Shown: piece by piece, positions 28,201-38,500 of the stretch
How the letters are laid out: the number at the start of each line of letters is the position of its first letter
How positions within the stretch are numbered: the first letter of the stretch is position 1
Position numbers and translations under genes: made by a program
Assembly (NCBI GenBank): GCA_947175295.1
Contig: CAMWMK010000002.1
Span: 11,290 to 75,289, forward strand
Reading direction: 5' to 3'
Origin: an uncultured Porphyromonadaceae bacterium
GTDB taxonomy: Bacteria > Bacteroidota > Bacteroidia > Bacteroidales > Muribaculaceae
DNA: 64,000 bases
Notes under the pieces: generated by a model
Database searches by the model: none
Told to the model about the DNA's origin: nothing
The model's input: the letters and a program-made list of their open reading frames with translations, nothing else

Positions 28201-29505
28201 ATGTCTTTGAACCGCAGAATCGTGTGGATGACGGTGCCGACGGTGCTGAGCAATATCTCTGTTCCGCTGCTCGGACTGTGCGACACGGCAGTGGCCGGAC
28301 ATATGGATGGAGAGCGGTATCTGGCCGGGATAGCCATAGGGTCGGTGATGATTACGACCATGTATTGGCTTTTCAGTTTTCTGAGGGCCGGCACTTCCGG
28401 CATCACGGCTACCTACTTCGGAGCCGGCGATAGGGAAGGAATGGGAGTGAGCATGCGCAACTCTTTGACATTGGCTGTCGCTATCGGTATGCTTCTGACG
28501 GCTTTTCATGGTCCGATGCTTGATTTGCTCCAGAAAGTGATGGGAGCTTCTCCTGAAGTGACCGAGCTCTCGGGCCGCTACTTCTCCATCTGCATCATGG
28601 GAGCGGTGCCGATGATGGTGGTGACGGCGCTCACCGGATGGATGATAGGGATGCAGTCTACGGCTGCCGCGATGGCCGTGAATATAGGGATGAGCGTGCT
28701 TAACGTGGCTACGACGTTGACGTTGGTCTATGGATTCGGTATGGGATTCGAGGGCATAGCGTGGGGTACACTCTCTGCGCAGTGGCTGATCCTCATACCT
28801 GCCTGGTGGATAGCTGTTCGGTTATGCCGCAGACATGGAGTGACTTTAGGGGCCGACCGTAGGATTCTGCTTGACCGTCAGGGATGGAGGAAGATGCTTT
28901 CGGTCAACGGCAACCTGTTTTTCCGTTCGGCCTGCCTCATAGCGTTGTCGTTGATGCTCTATGCCTACAGTGCCCGTCTCGGAGATGTGGAGGTAAGTTC
29001 CAATGCCGTCATCAATCAGCTTTTCCTTTTCTTTTCCTATTTCATGGATGGGTTCGCCTTTACGGGGGAAGCGTTGGTAGGGCGGTATTCCGGAGCTGGC
29101 GACGGCCATATGCTCGGCCAGGCAATAAAGGGACTTTTGATATGGACATCCGGCATCACGCTTGTCTTCGTAGCGGTGTATTCGTTGGCGCTTCCATATA
29201 TAGTAAGGCTGTTGAGCAATTCGGCGGCTGTCTTGTCGATGGTCGAGGATTGCCGGGTATGGGTTTCGCTTCTGCCGGCTGCGGGAGCGGCGGCGTTTAT
29301 CTACGACGGTTTCTACATCGGGCTGACGAAGACCCGCCCCATGCTGATATCGACCCTATGCGGAGTAGGCCTTTTTGCCGTGCTGATCAATGTGGTGAGC
29401 CACACACAATGGATGCTTTGGATGTCGTTTACCTGTTATCTCGCCCTACGCTCGCTTATCCTCATCCTCCTCTTCCGTACCCCTTCTGACAGAAAACCTG
29501 CTTAA
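28201..29505 (+). CDS. MATE-family efflux transporter (DinF-like)
   Basis: MSLNRRIVWMTVPTVLSNISVPLLGLCDTAVAGH is a typical MATE N-terminus, and the protein has 12 TM segments. A near-consensus -7 box (TCAACTTTG, 28161-28169) lies only about 5 nt before the alternative ATG at 28174, so the ATG at 28201 is preferred. Confidence 0.85.
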   Translation: MSLNRRIVWMTVPTVLSNISVPLLGLCDTAVAGHMDGERYLAGIAIGSVMITTMYWLFSFLRAGTSGITATYFGAGDREGMGVSMRNSLTLAVAIGMLLTAFHGPMLDLLQKVMGASPEVTELSGRYFSICIMGAVPMMVVTALTGWMIGMQSTAAAMAVNIGMSVLNVATTLTLVYGFGMGFEGIAWGTLSAQWLILIPAWWIAVRLCRRHGVTLGADRRILLDRQGWRKMLSVNGNLFFRSACLIALSLMLYAYSARLGDVEVSSNAVINQLFLFFSYFMDGFAFTGEALVGRYSGAGDGHMLGQAIKGLLIWTSGITLVFVAVYSLALPYIVRLLSNSAAVLSMVEDCRVWVSLLPAAGAAAFIYDGFYIGLTKTRPMLISTLCGVGLFAVLINVVSHTQWMLWMSFTCYLALRSLILILLFRTPSDRKPA

Positions 29506-29534
29506 CTATTGCGATTATAAATAGATTCTTGATT

Positions 29535-30386
29535 ATGATAAGGTTTGTAAACGCCAAGTTGAATCTTGGCCTTAATATAGTGAGGCGTCGCCCTGACGGC
29601 TACCACGACCTCGAGACAGTGTTCTATCCCATAGGGGTGCACAACGGCACTCCCGTCAATCCCGAGCCTTTCAGCGACATCCTGGAGATCACGCCGGCTG
29701 AGTCTACGGAGTTCGTCTTCTCCGGAAGGAAGGTGGATTGCCCTTTGGAGAAGAATCTCGTCTATAAGGCGTGGAAGGTATTTAAGGAGGCCTATCCGGA
29801 ATTGCCTGATTTCCGTATCCATCTTGAGAAGCATCTTCCCGACGGCGCCGGACTCGGCGGGGGAAGCGCCGATGCATCGGCTGTGCTTTGCATGCTCAAT
29901 GAGCTTTGCGGCGATCCCTTCGATCAGGGGCAATTGGCTGCGATGGCGTTGAAGTTAGGTGCAGACTGTCCTTTCTTCATCTATAACAGTCCGTGCTACG
30001 CTGAAGGGGTAGGGGAGAGGCTGGAGGCCGTGGATCTCGACCTATCTGGATGGTGGTGTCTGCTGGTGAAGCCTGAGGTGTCGATATCCACGAAGGAAGC
30101 CTTCGCGGGAGTCACGCCGGGAGCTCCGGAGCATTCATTGAAGGAGACGGCGAGGCTTTCTCCTGAAGAGTGGCAAGGCAGGATGGTAAATGACTTCGAG
30201 GGTTCGCTCTTTCCGAATCATGAAGTGCTTCCTCAGATCAAGGAGAGGCTTCTCGGGAAGGGAGCGGTGTATGCCGCTATGTCAGGCTCAGGATCTACTG
30301 TGTTCGGTCTTTTCCGGAGTAGGGAAGAGGCAGCTGACGCGCTGTCGGAATTCGTGGAGCACTATACGGCTCTATGTCTTATGTAA
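29535..30386 (+). CDS. ispE: 4-(cytidine 5'-diphospho)-2-C-methyl-D-erythritol kinase
   Basis: NAKLNLGLNIV is the N-terminal motif and PDGAGLGGGSADASAV is the GHMP kinase motif. The ORF-track start at 29529 is a TTG, and the first ATG is at 29535. Confidence 0.9.
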   Translation: MIRFVNAKLNLGLNIVRRRPDGYHDLETVFYPIGVHNGTPVNPEPFSDILEITPAESTEFVFSGRKVDCPLEKNLVYKAWKVFKEAYPELPDFRIHLEKHLPDGAGLGGGSADASAVLCMLNELCGDPFDQGQLAAMALKLGADCPFFIYNSPCYAEGVGERLEAVDLDLSGWWCLLVKPEVSISTKEAFAGVTPGAPEHSLKETARLSPEEWQGRMVNDFEGSLFPNHEVLPQIKERLLGKGAVYAAMSGSGSTVFGLFRSREEAADALSEFVEHYTALCLM

Positions 30387-30601
30387 GTGTATCCCGCGCG
30401 CGCAGGCGTGCGGGGACTCGCTTTCTGTTATGGAAATAAAAAAAACAGCTACTTTCCCAAGCAACTGTTTCTTGAAAGTTTTCCATAATACTTTCGAACT
30501 AACCTAACATCATGAAACGATTTTTATACCTATAAAACAAATGGTAGTGTAAATTGTTCGAAGAAAACGTAATTTTTTTTATAAAAATTAAAAATATTAT
30601 A

Positions 30602-31336
30602 ATGAATATCCATAAGCTGTTGATTTTTAGTATGGTGATGATGGGCGCCCCTCTGATTTCCTTAGAGGCTTTTCCTTCAAGGATAGTCATTGCCGCTCCT
30701 ATAGAGGAAGGCGCATATATCGACCGCACCGATATAGAGGAGATAGTGATTGAAAAAGGGCGTGGAATCACGGAGATTCCCGACTATGCCTTCCTTGGCT
30801 GCAGCTCCCTTAAGAAGGTATCGCTGCCTGAAGGATTGAAGAAGATAGGGTTTCAGGCCTTCAGTGAATGCTCCTCCCTTGAGGAGATCAATTTCCCGGA
30901 ATCTCTCGAAGACATCGGAAGCAATTCGTTTACGTATTGTACGAGTCTTGACAACCTGGCGTTTCCGAAGCGTCTGAAGCATATCGGCCACAATGCATTC
31001 TCTTTCTGCACTTCCCTTAAGGAAGCTCTTCTTCCGGACAGCTTGGAGGAGATAGAATCATATGCCTTCTCGGATTGCGATTCGCTGAGGAAAGTGCGTC
31101 TGCCGGCCAACGACCATCTGCTCGGAGAATTGATGATGAACTGCTGTCCGCAGCTTACAGAGATAGTGGCGCCCTCTGCGAAAGCGCCTGAGTTTGACTG
31201 CGGAAGCTATATTTTCGACCCTGAGGATGTGGCGGCATATGAGAGATGTGTGCTCTATGTGCCTGAGAATTCGAAAGATAGCTATATTGTTTCAAAATCG
31301 TGGCAAATGTTTAATAAAATTGCAATGTGTAAGTGA
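30602..31336 (+). CDS. BspA-type leucine-rich repeat (LRR) secreted protein
   Basis: A signal peptide follows the ATG at 30602. Repeated ~23-aa units resemble IPDYAFLGCSSLKKVSLPEGLKKIGFQAFSECSSLEEINFPESL. Confidence 0.8.
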   Translation: MNIHKLLIFSMVMMGAPLISLEAFPSRIVIAAPIEEGAYIDRTDIEEIVIEKGRGITEIPDYAFLGCSSLKKVSLPEGLKKIGFQAFSECSSLEEINFPESLEDIGSNSFTYCTSLDNLAFPKRLKHIGHNAFSFCTSLKEALLPDSLEEIESYAFSDCDSLRKVRLPANDHLLGELMMNCCPQLTEIVAPSAKAPEFDCGSYIFDPEDVAAYERCVLYVPENSKDSYIVSKSWQMFNKIAMCK

Positions 31337-31540
31337 TGAACCGATAAGAAGGTTCTAATGTTTAGAAAGTATAAAATTTGAAACCCAATCTTAAAGAGAT
31401 AAGATACCAACAAGAACCTTAATCTAAACTGTGGAAGACACAAATTTAAACTGTGAAAAACACGCTGAAGATTTAATACTACGAAACACACACACGAGAT
31501 AAGAAACACTTAATTTATACACATCTTAATTTTATAAACT

Positions 31541-31882
31541 ATGAAAAAGTTATTTACATCTTTCGTCGCTCTCTCTCTCGCAGTAGTTGGATTCAACGCA
31601 CTCGCAGAAACCTCCGCAACTCCGGACGCAGCTCCTGAGGCCAACCCCGTAGCAATGGAAGCTCCGGCTCCTGAGCAGGCACCCGCTGTAAATCCGGGCG
31701 TAGAAGTGCCCCAGGCGATCAGCGAACACCTCGCTCTCCGCTTCCCCGGCAAGTCTGTACAGGGCGTAACCCGTGAAGGCGTGACATATGTAGTCGACCT
31801 CGGCAACGGTCTTCACATCCGCTACGACAACTGCTACAATCCTGTATGCTACGGCGCCCACGACCACGACTGCATGCATTGA
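31541..31882 (+). CDS. Small secreted hypothetical protein with a Cys/His-rich C-terminus
   Basis: 113 aa with a clear signal peptide (KKLFTSFVALSLAVVGFNALA), a Pro/Ala-rich linker and the C-terminal CYNPVCYGAHDHDCMH. No family was recognised. Confidence 0.55.
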   Translation: MKKLFTSFVALSLAVVGFNALAETSATPDAAPEANPVAMEAPAPEQAPAVNPGVEVPQAISEHLALRFPGKSVQGVTREGVTYVVDLGNGLHIRYDNCYNPVCYGAHDHDCMH

Positions 31883-31916
31883 TCAGACATACACATATTG
31901 AAAGCATGATATAAGG

Positions 31917-31950
31917 AAGCAGCGGTACCCTCACGGGCGCCGCTGCTTTT
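31917..31950 (+). terminator. Intrinsic terminator after the small secreted protein gene
   Basis: AAGCAGCGG (31917-31925) pairs with CCGCTGCTT (31940-31948) and is followed by TT. Confidence 0.7.
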
Positions 31951-32107
31951 GATGTCTTCTGACCCTCACGGGCATGAAGGGCATCTCTGGCCGTTTATTT
32001 GCAGATAGTTGTTACCTATAACGGCCACTTGCTGTTTTAACTATAATATATTTTAATTATCATGGACCAAGGATTGTCTCCTTGTTTTCTTGTATGGATG
32101 TTGCTGT

Positions 32108-32518
32108 TCAGGGCTTGATTACAGACCCTTTGACAGTGAAAACCACTCTGGAGTTGCTGGCATTGCTCTTAACGCGGAGTGATTTACGGAAGAAACCGAG
32201 AGGGCGTCCACGAGTCTTGAATCTGACCTTGATTGTGCCATATTCACCCGGCGCAATAGGTTTCATAGGGAAGGAAGGCACCGTACATCCGCATTCCGTG
32301 AAGACTCTATGAATGATAAGGGGAGCGTCGCCCGTATTCTGAAACCTCATTACTCCGTTTCCTATTGAGTCAAGTGCTATCCTGCCAAGGTCGAGATATG
32401 TGGAATCAAGTTGAAGATAGGCAGTCTTAGCCGACGGCTGATCACCTTCCGGGTGATCGGCCGCCGACATCGACAACGCTATGCAGATCATCATTACAAA
32501 TATATGTATTGTTTTCAT
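32108..32518 (-). CDS. DUF1573-domain protein (small Ig-like/ASH-fold secreted protein); last gene of the pilus operon
   Basis: 136 aa with a signal peptide. The motif FQNTGDAPLIIHRVFTECGCTVPSFPMKPIAPGEYGTIKVRF is characteristic of DUF1573. Its start overlaps the stop of the upstream giant gene (TGATG). Confidence 0.8.
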   Translation of the reverse strand: MKTIHIFVMMICIALSMSAADHPEGDQPSAKTAYLQLDSTYLDLGRIALDSIGNGVMRFQNTGDAPLIIHRVFTECGCTVPSFPMKPIAPGEYGTIKVRFKTRGRPLGFFRKSLRVKSNASNSRVVFTVKGSVIKP

Positions 32519-35500
32519 CAGTTGCTTATTTTAACGGATTTCCGTTCATTACCGTTGGCCATTTCCACTACATATACTCCGTGGCTGAGGGCGATATGGA
32601 TTCTTTCGCCGTCGGAAACAGCAGAAGTCATAAGACGTCCAAGTGTATCATAGACTTTCACTTCCAGATAGCCGGAAGATGCACGGTCGCATACCTCGAG
32701 CCCATCATTGTTTTTGCTCCATTCAATGCCACCGAACACTTCTTCGACTCTTGCGCCGTAGGTCAGGAAATAGCGACCGGCAGCCATGCCGTCAACAGTG
32801 ATTTCCATTCCTTCATGGATCGGTGTAAGTGAATAGTCTGCTTTGTCAAGGAGTGACAATCCATCAATAGTCTCGGAGCCATCGAAGCGGAGAACTGTCT
32901 TAGTCTCGGCATCGGCGATTACGCCTATCTCGACTCCTTCCGCATCGTCGCAGAAGTTGATGCTGAGGGCCTGCCCGTTTTTCGCAGTGTAGACGGTAGA
33001 GGGAATTTCGAGATCCCTGTTGTCCATAGCAGCGACATCATTGCCACTCGCGATATCTGTTACCAGAATTGCGGCTGATGTTGGATTACCTTCGCAGTAA
33101 GAAGTGATTCTAAACACGTCGGGCTTCTCATCGCCACGGGTTGCCTCTGTCAGAATTCCTTTATTAGAGTCATATCTTCGCATCATGGACTCGTCATATA
33201 CCAAGTCCAATGAAGTGCGGGCTGCCTTAGCTTCCACGAAGAAACCCTGCATCGGGGCTATGACAGTTGGTTCGGCATATGTCTTCCCTTCCTCAGCAGG
33301 AACAGGGGTTGCGATGAATTTACCGTTGTCATCGATGCTCCCGGCAATCTGTCCCTTTGCGGTTACGATCCAATACTTCTGTTCAAGTTTTCCCTCATTT
33401 GCTTTAAGGAATTTTTGAATGTCCATATGGGTCATGAAAGGATTTCCTATGAGGAAGTATTTTCCTTCTGTTGCTGTTGATGCCGAAATGGTACCGTTGG
33501 TTTCGTTCAGCCTATGATTGCTTTGTGTTCTGACTGTCGTCTCATGTCCATTCTGACTACCGTCTTGTGTGAAGTAAAAATACTCGGTATCGGCCTTCGG
33601 GAATCGGAATAGCACTTTACCGTCATCCCCGGGTTTGTTCGTCTCCATGTGAGAAACATCTGTCTTAATGGAGAATCCAACACCACCGTCATAGCGTTCC
33701 GCCACATCGTTGTAGACAAGGCTCCAATTGGCTTTAATCACTACATTACGCACACCATCAGCATCTACGCCCGGTCCGTCAACTTCATACACTTTGGCAG
33801 AACTTTTATCCCAGCCTCGCTGATATACCGCCGGCTTGAAGCGATGAGTGGTAGTAAGGGTGTTGTCAAACGTTATATCCTGAAAGAGTTCTGTCAGCTG
33901 GCGTGCTCCATCGGAAGGGAGATAGAAGTCTCCTGCGAACACATCCTTAAGCGGGGATGCAAGCGTATACCAGCGGGAATGGTCGAGTTCCACATCCACC
34001 CAGGCCTTGTCGTAGTCGAGTGCATGCTGGTTCATGATTGTAGCGCCTGGCTTGAAGTGGATTTCCTTACAGGTATTCATATACCATGGACGGCAGGCAG
34101 TAGACGCATCGTCATTGGAAACCGGTGTCACATCATAGGCCGCCATGTCATACTGAATCATGGACGTAGCTTCGCCCACACCGTTTTCCGGATAATCGGC
34201 ATAGCCACTGCCATCTGTTTCCAGCTTCTCCGGCCAGTTATATTCCGTAGTCTTACCGCCTCGATTCACTTCAACATTTGACATCGTTACGCCATAGAGA
34301 TAAGGAGCCTCGATAATATCTGAAGAATCATTATCATTATTGTTTTCCACAACAGGAGAAGGAATGATGACATGTGTGAAGTCAAGCGGAGCGTAGCTCT
34401 TTTCGCGATTATTGATTGTCGCATCTGCATCCTTACCGTCTGTAACATGATGACGGTATCCGGCATCGCCATACTTACCATCAGCATATAGTTCTGCCGA
34501 AGCTACGCGCCTCCAGTTGTCGTCGTTGTTCCAGTTCACATTGCGGTCGCCGGTCCATAGCAGATACTTCGGTACAATCTTGAGCGTGAACACGTCGTGG
34601 CCGTTGCAGACTTCTTCTTCATCCGCTACTTCACCAGCAGAAGAGTTGACTGATTCCTGATATTGGAATCGCATACGGTAGTAGTAACCTTCCTTAAATT
34701 TGAAATTCCTATCAAACTTTACATCGAATAGATTACCCTCTGCATTGGCTTCTCCTAATTCTGCAGTCAGATTAATCACCTCACCAGTCCATAGAAGATG
34801 GCCGGTTTCATATTTACCATCTACTGTACCAAGATCTTTGTATTCCGGGTCATTGGTCTGAACGAGGACTATCGCGCCTTCCTTGGATGCATAGTTGTCA
34901 TCGTTCATAAGCGCTGATTCGACAGCAAGTGTCAATCGATCTGCTTTTTCGTTGGTCGACCCCGTGTAGCGCACCGGTATTTCAATTACTTTCGAATCAA
35001 AGATGTCAATATTCTCAGTTTGAGATGTACGCATCTGATCAAGTCCTATCCGCAAGGGGACGTCCGCCATATCTTCCGGGTATGGCATCTTAAGTCCGTG
35101 CTGCAGTTTCGGTGACTTTTTCTTTACTGTAAGATCTATCTCTGTTGGATTTGAGCAAATTATGATATCCTTGTCAGAGGTATTGATTGGTATGGCCACA
35201 ATCGGTATCGTCTCATTCCATTTGTCACCTTCCAGAATCCTTGCAGGAGGCACAACGAATGAAGATTGATGAAGCTGCAATCTACCATATGAACGGTTGT
35301 AATTAGGATTTGTCTCATCCACTACAGGTGAAGATTCTTTATTTATGATGTCAAGCATCCATTGTATCAGCCTTTCGGAGCCGTTGCCCTCACCGTTTTC
35401 GCCGGAATTATCATCAGTCGTTATGCCATCGGTAGTTTCCGCCGTCGGATACTTCGCACGGAATACACTTAGAGCCTCGGCGAGAGTATGAGTCTCAACA

Positions 35501-38500
35501 CCGTCATTGAGGCTCAGGAATTCTTCATTTGTACCCAGGAACCAGTCGAAATATGCATTCTTGTCAATCTCCTTGAAATCTCCGTCGACCTGTCCCCAGA
35601 TATTGACCTGTATTACCGGTGACTGGTTTTCACAAATTTCAAATTGATTTGCCTCTTCAACAACGACACCGTCGATTTTGATTACGTTGGAAGCCTTCAC
35701 TGTAAATTCACAGAACTTTACACAATAACCCTTGATATTAAATACAGAATGGGCATTGTCATCTGTCAACTTTTCTGAAGTTTCCGAATCTTCCGTACCC
35801 GGGTCTTCAGTAGTAGACAGGATTGCATAATAAGTCTGACCCGGCTTCAGATGATCTACCGTAAGATCAGTATTGAATACAATCATTCTCTCTCCGTCTA
35901 CCGTACGTATGGATGCCTTGATATCCGGCTCGGAAGTCGGAATGTAATCTTTGTTTCCTTTATAGTAGGTATTGAAAGTCATCACCCCATATTTATGGGA
36001 GGATGTCTCATCCACGCGGCCTATGTAAGAAGACTCAACGACAGAAGCATTGAATGCCACTTTATTTGGATCCTCGCTGTCTATGTTTTCCTCATATGTC
36101 TTATCATATACCGCTTTATCTATAAACGTATAATAGAACGTCAAATCATGTCCTTGACTTGCGGTCTTTGCCTCCTGCTCATTAAAAGACTGTATAAGGG
36201 TATCGAATCCGGATTCTATTCTGACAAGCGTTTTTGGTTCGTCGCATATCGGGGCGATCTGTTCGGCCAAAACGATAGGATTTGCAATATATACCCTGAT
36301 ATCATCAATGGCGTAGTCAGCACCGTTTGAACTCTTACAGTTGTTGTCAAGCTCAAGTTCAAAGTGATCAATCATATCAGGAGTTATACCGTCGGCCGAG
36401 AACTCAGACACACGTGGTACAAATGAATAATAAATATTGAGCCATTCGCCACAGTGATTGGCGTTGTTGCCTCCGGCGGAGGTCACACCATCGCGAGGTA
36501 CATACCCGGTGATGAATGAATGAAGTACTACTCGGTCGCCACCTTTGAATCCATTAGGAAGCGGTGTTTGGTTGGAAGTATCTCCGTCCTCTTCACTATC
36601 CCGGAGAACAGCTACGAAATTAAACGAAATATTAGCGGTCTCGCTCAGATTTGAGAACTCGGCCATCCATGCGGACACGTGCACTGTACTGCCGTTACAG
36701 ATGTCTTTGATTTCGAGACGAGCTGATACACCCGGATCGGTAGCGGCATTTACATAATAGAAATAGCCTTGCTCCACCTTTGTGTTATCCTCAGTTGCAG
36801 ATTCAGATTCGTTTAGACGTTTAGTGGTGTAATACAGTCTGTCGTAAAGACCTTTTCCGTCTTCTTTCCTGTTTCCATCATACTGATTGGCTTTTTCGTT
36901 AAACGGAGTGACACTCGAATGGGATGCCAGCATATACATATTGTAGTCATGACGATTGTTATAGCCAAACGAATAGTTGGATAAGTCCCATTTGATAGGC
37001 CATTTGAAATAGCTTCCTTCCATTCCTTCGGTATTCCCGCTTTTGAATCCATCTGTATAAGATACAAACTTATTCTTAAGGTTTTCATCGCTGAGGTGGT
37101 TGAGCTTTATATATTCATCGAAATTGATTGAAGTGCGTGGGAGACCATATTTCTCTTCCAAAGTCTCTACTCTGGCATGCTTGAATGAAACCTCCGCCTC
37201 ATCATTGTAAAGTTCATCTTCGGTGAGCATAGAGGCTCCGGAAGCAGGCATGAAGTTGATGTTGTATTCCATCACTACCAGATTCTGCTCGCTTTTATAC
37301 ACCTTAATGATTTCTCCGTTGACATCCTTGCCAATTAGTTGCACGATATAATTGCCTTCTCGTGGATTGTCGCATTGAAGCATACGGAAATACTCTTCTC
37401 CGTTGCCGCCTAACTTATACTCCACGTTATCGATGAAGCGAGAGCCCTGACTCTTGAAAGCCTCACCGGCTTTAAATTCAATTTCACCGCTACCGACCGG
37501 TTCGCGGGTAAGTGCGTTGAGGACCCGTATGTCCATTGCGCATACCCTACGGTAATCATCATCGTCAATCTTATAATAATAGTTTGAGCGGGCCTGTCCC
37601 CTTTTAGGTACAGGCGTGTCAAATCGTATCTGGAAAGGTACGCCTGCTCTTGCGCTTACCATTCTCTGGTTTTTACGAACAAAGTTTTCATTCTTTTCAG
37701 CACTGCCTGAAAAATCCTCCGCAAACACCTTTCCATCCCTTATCTTAAAAATATGACGACTGGATATAAGCGGCTCCGTTATTGTCTTGTTATCAAGATC
37801 TACATGTTTTGTTTTAGAAAATTCCTGACTGAAGTCGGCTGCTATTATGAACTCTTCATCCACAGCGTCAAAAGCATCAAACGGAAGATTATGCTGAACT
37901 CCTGCGGGCGAGTAGGGGTTGCGCGGACAGAAGAACGTAGCAAACGTTCCTGTCTGGCGGTCACCTCTTATTGCCAAATTATCTTCTCCTTCCGGATCAA
38001 CCTTAGGAGGAATGCCGTTTGTCCAATCCAGCGGATTGGTATTATCTTCCGGCAGTTCCTGGAAACCTTGTATCGCTCCAAGGTTTCCATAACAATTGTT
38101 TATGATTATATGTCCCTTTCCCTCTTCCTGATTGTTTCGAAAATATTTTCTATCATATTCAGCTCCATAAAGCGTACAGTTCACAACGATATTCCTGAAT
38201 GTGTTGCGCTCATCAAATGGACTTGTGTCAGAAATATTGACGGTTCCGGCCCAGCCTACAACAGCTGCATTATTCCTTTGCGCGATATTATCGTCAGGAG
38301 ATCCAATGACTCCCCCGATATAACAGTTCTCGAAAATAAGACGATTGGAGTTTCCGTAGGTACTTCCTAAAATTCCGGCAGCAGTCTGTTCGGAATAAAT
38401 CTTATCTCCATTCTCATTTATTTGATCGTTTTTACGGGTTCCGACACAGGTGGCATCATTACGTACATTTCTTACATACAGATATCCGTCATTGTGCAGG

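Noticed and set aside
30428-30488. A 9-bp inverted repeat (TTATGGAAA / TTTCCATAA) with a 43-bp spacer, considered as a second inverton.
   Set aside because: The arms are short and the spacer is too small to hold a promoter. It contains a nested AACAG/CTGTT hairpin and lies right after the ispE stop. It is better explained as a terminator-like structure.
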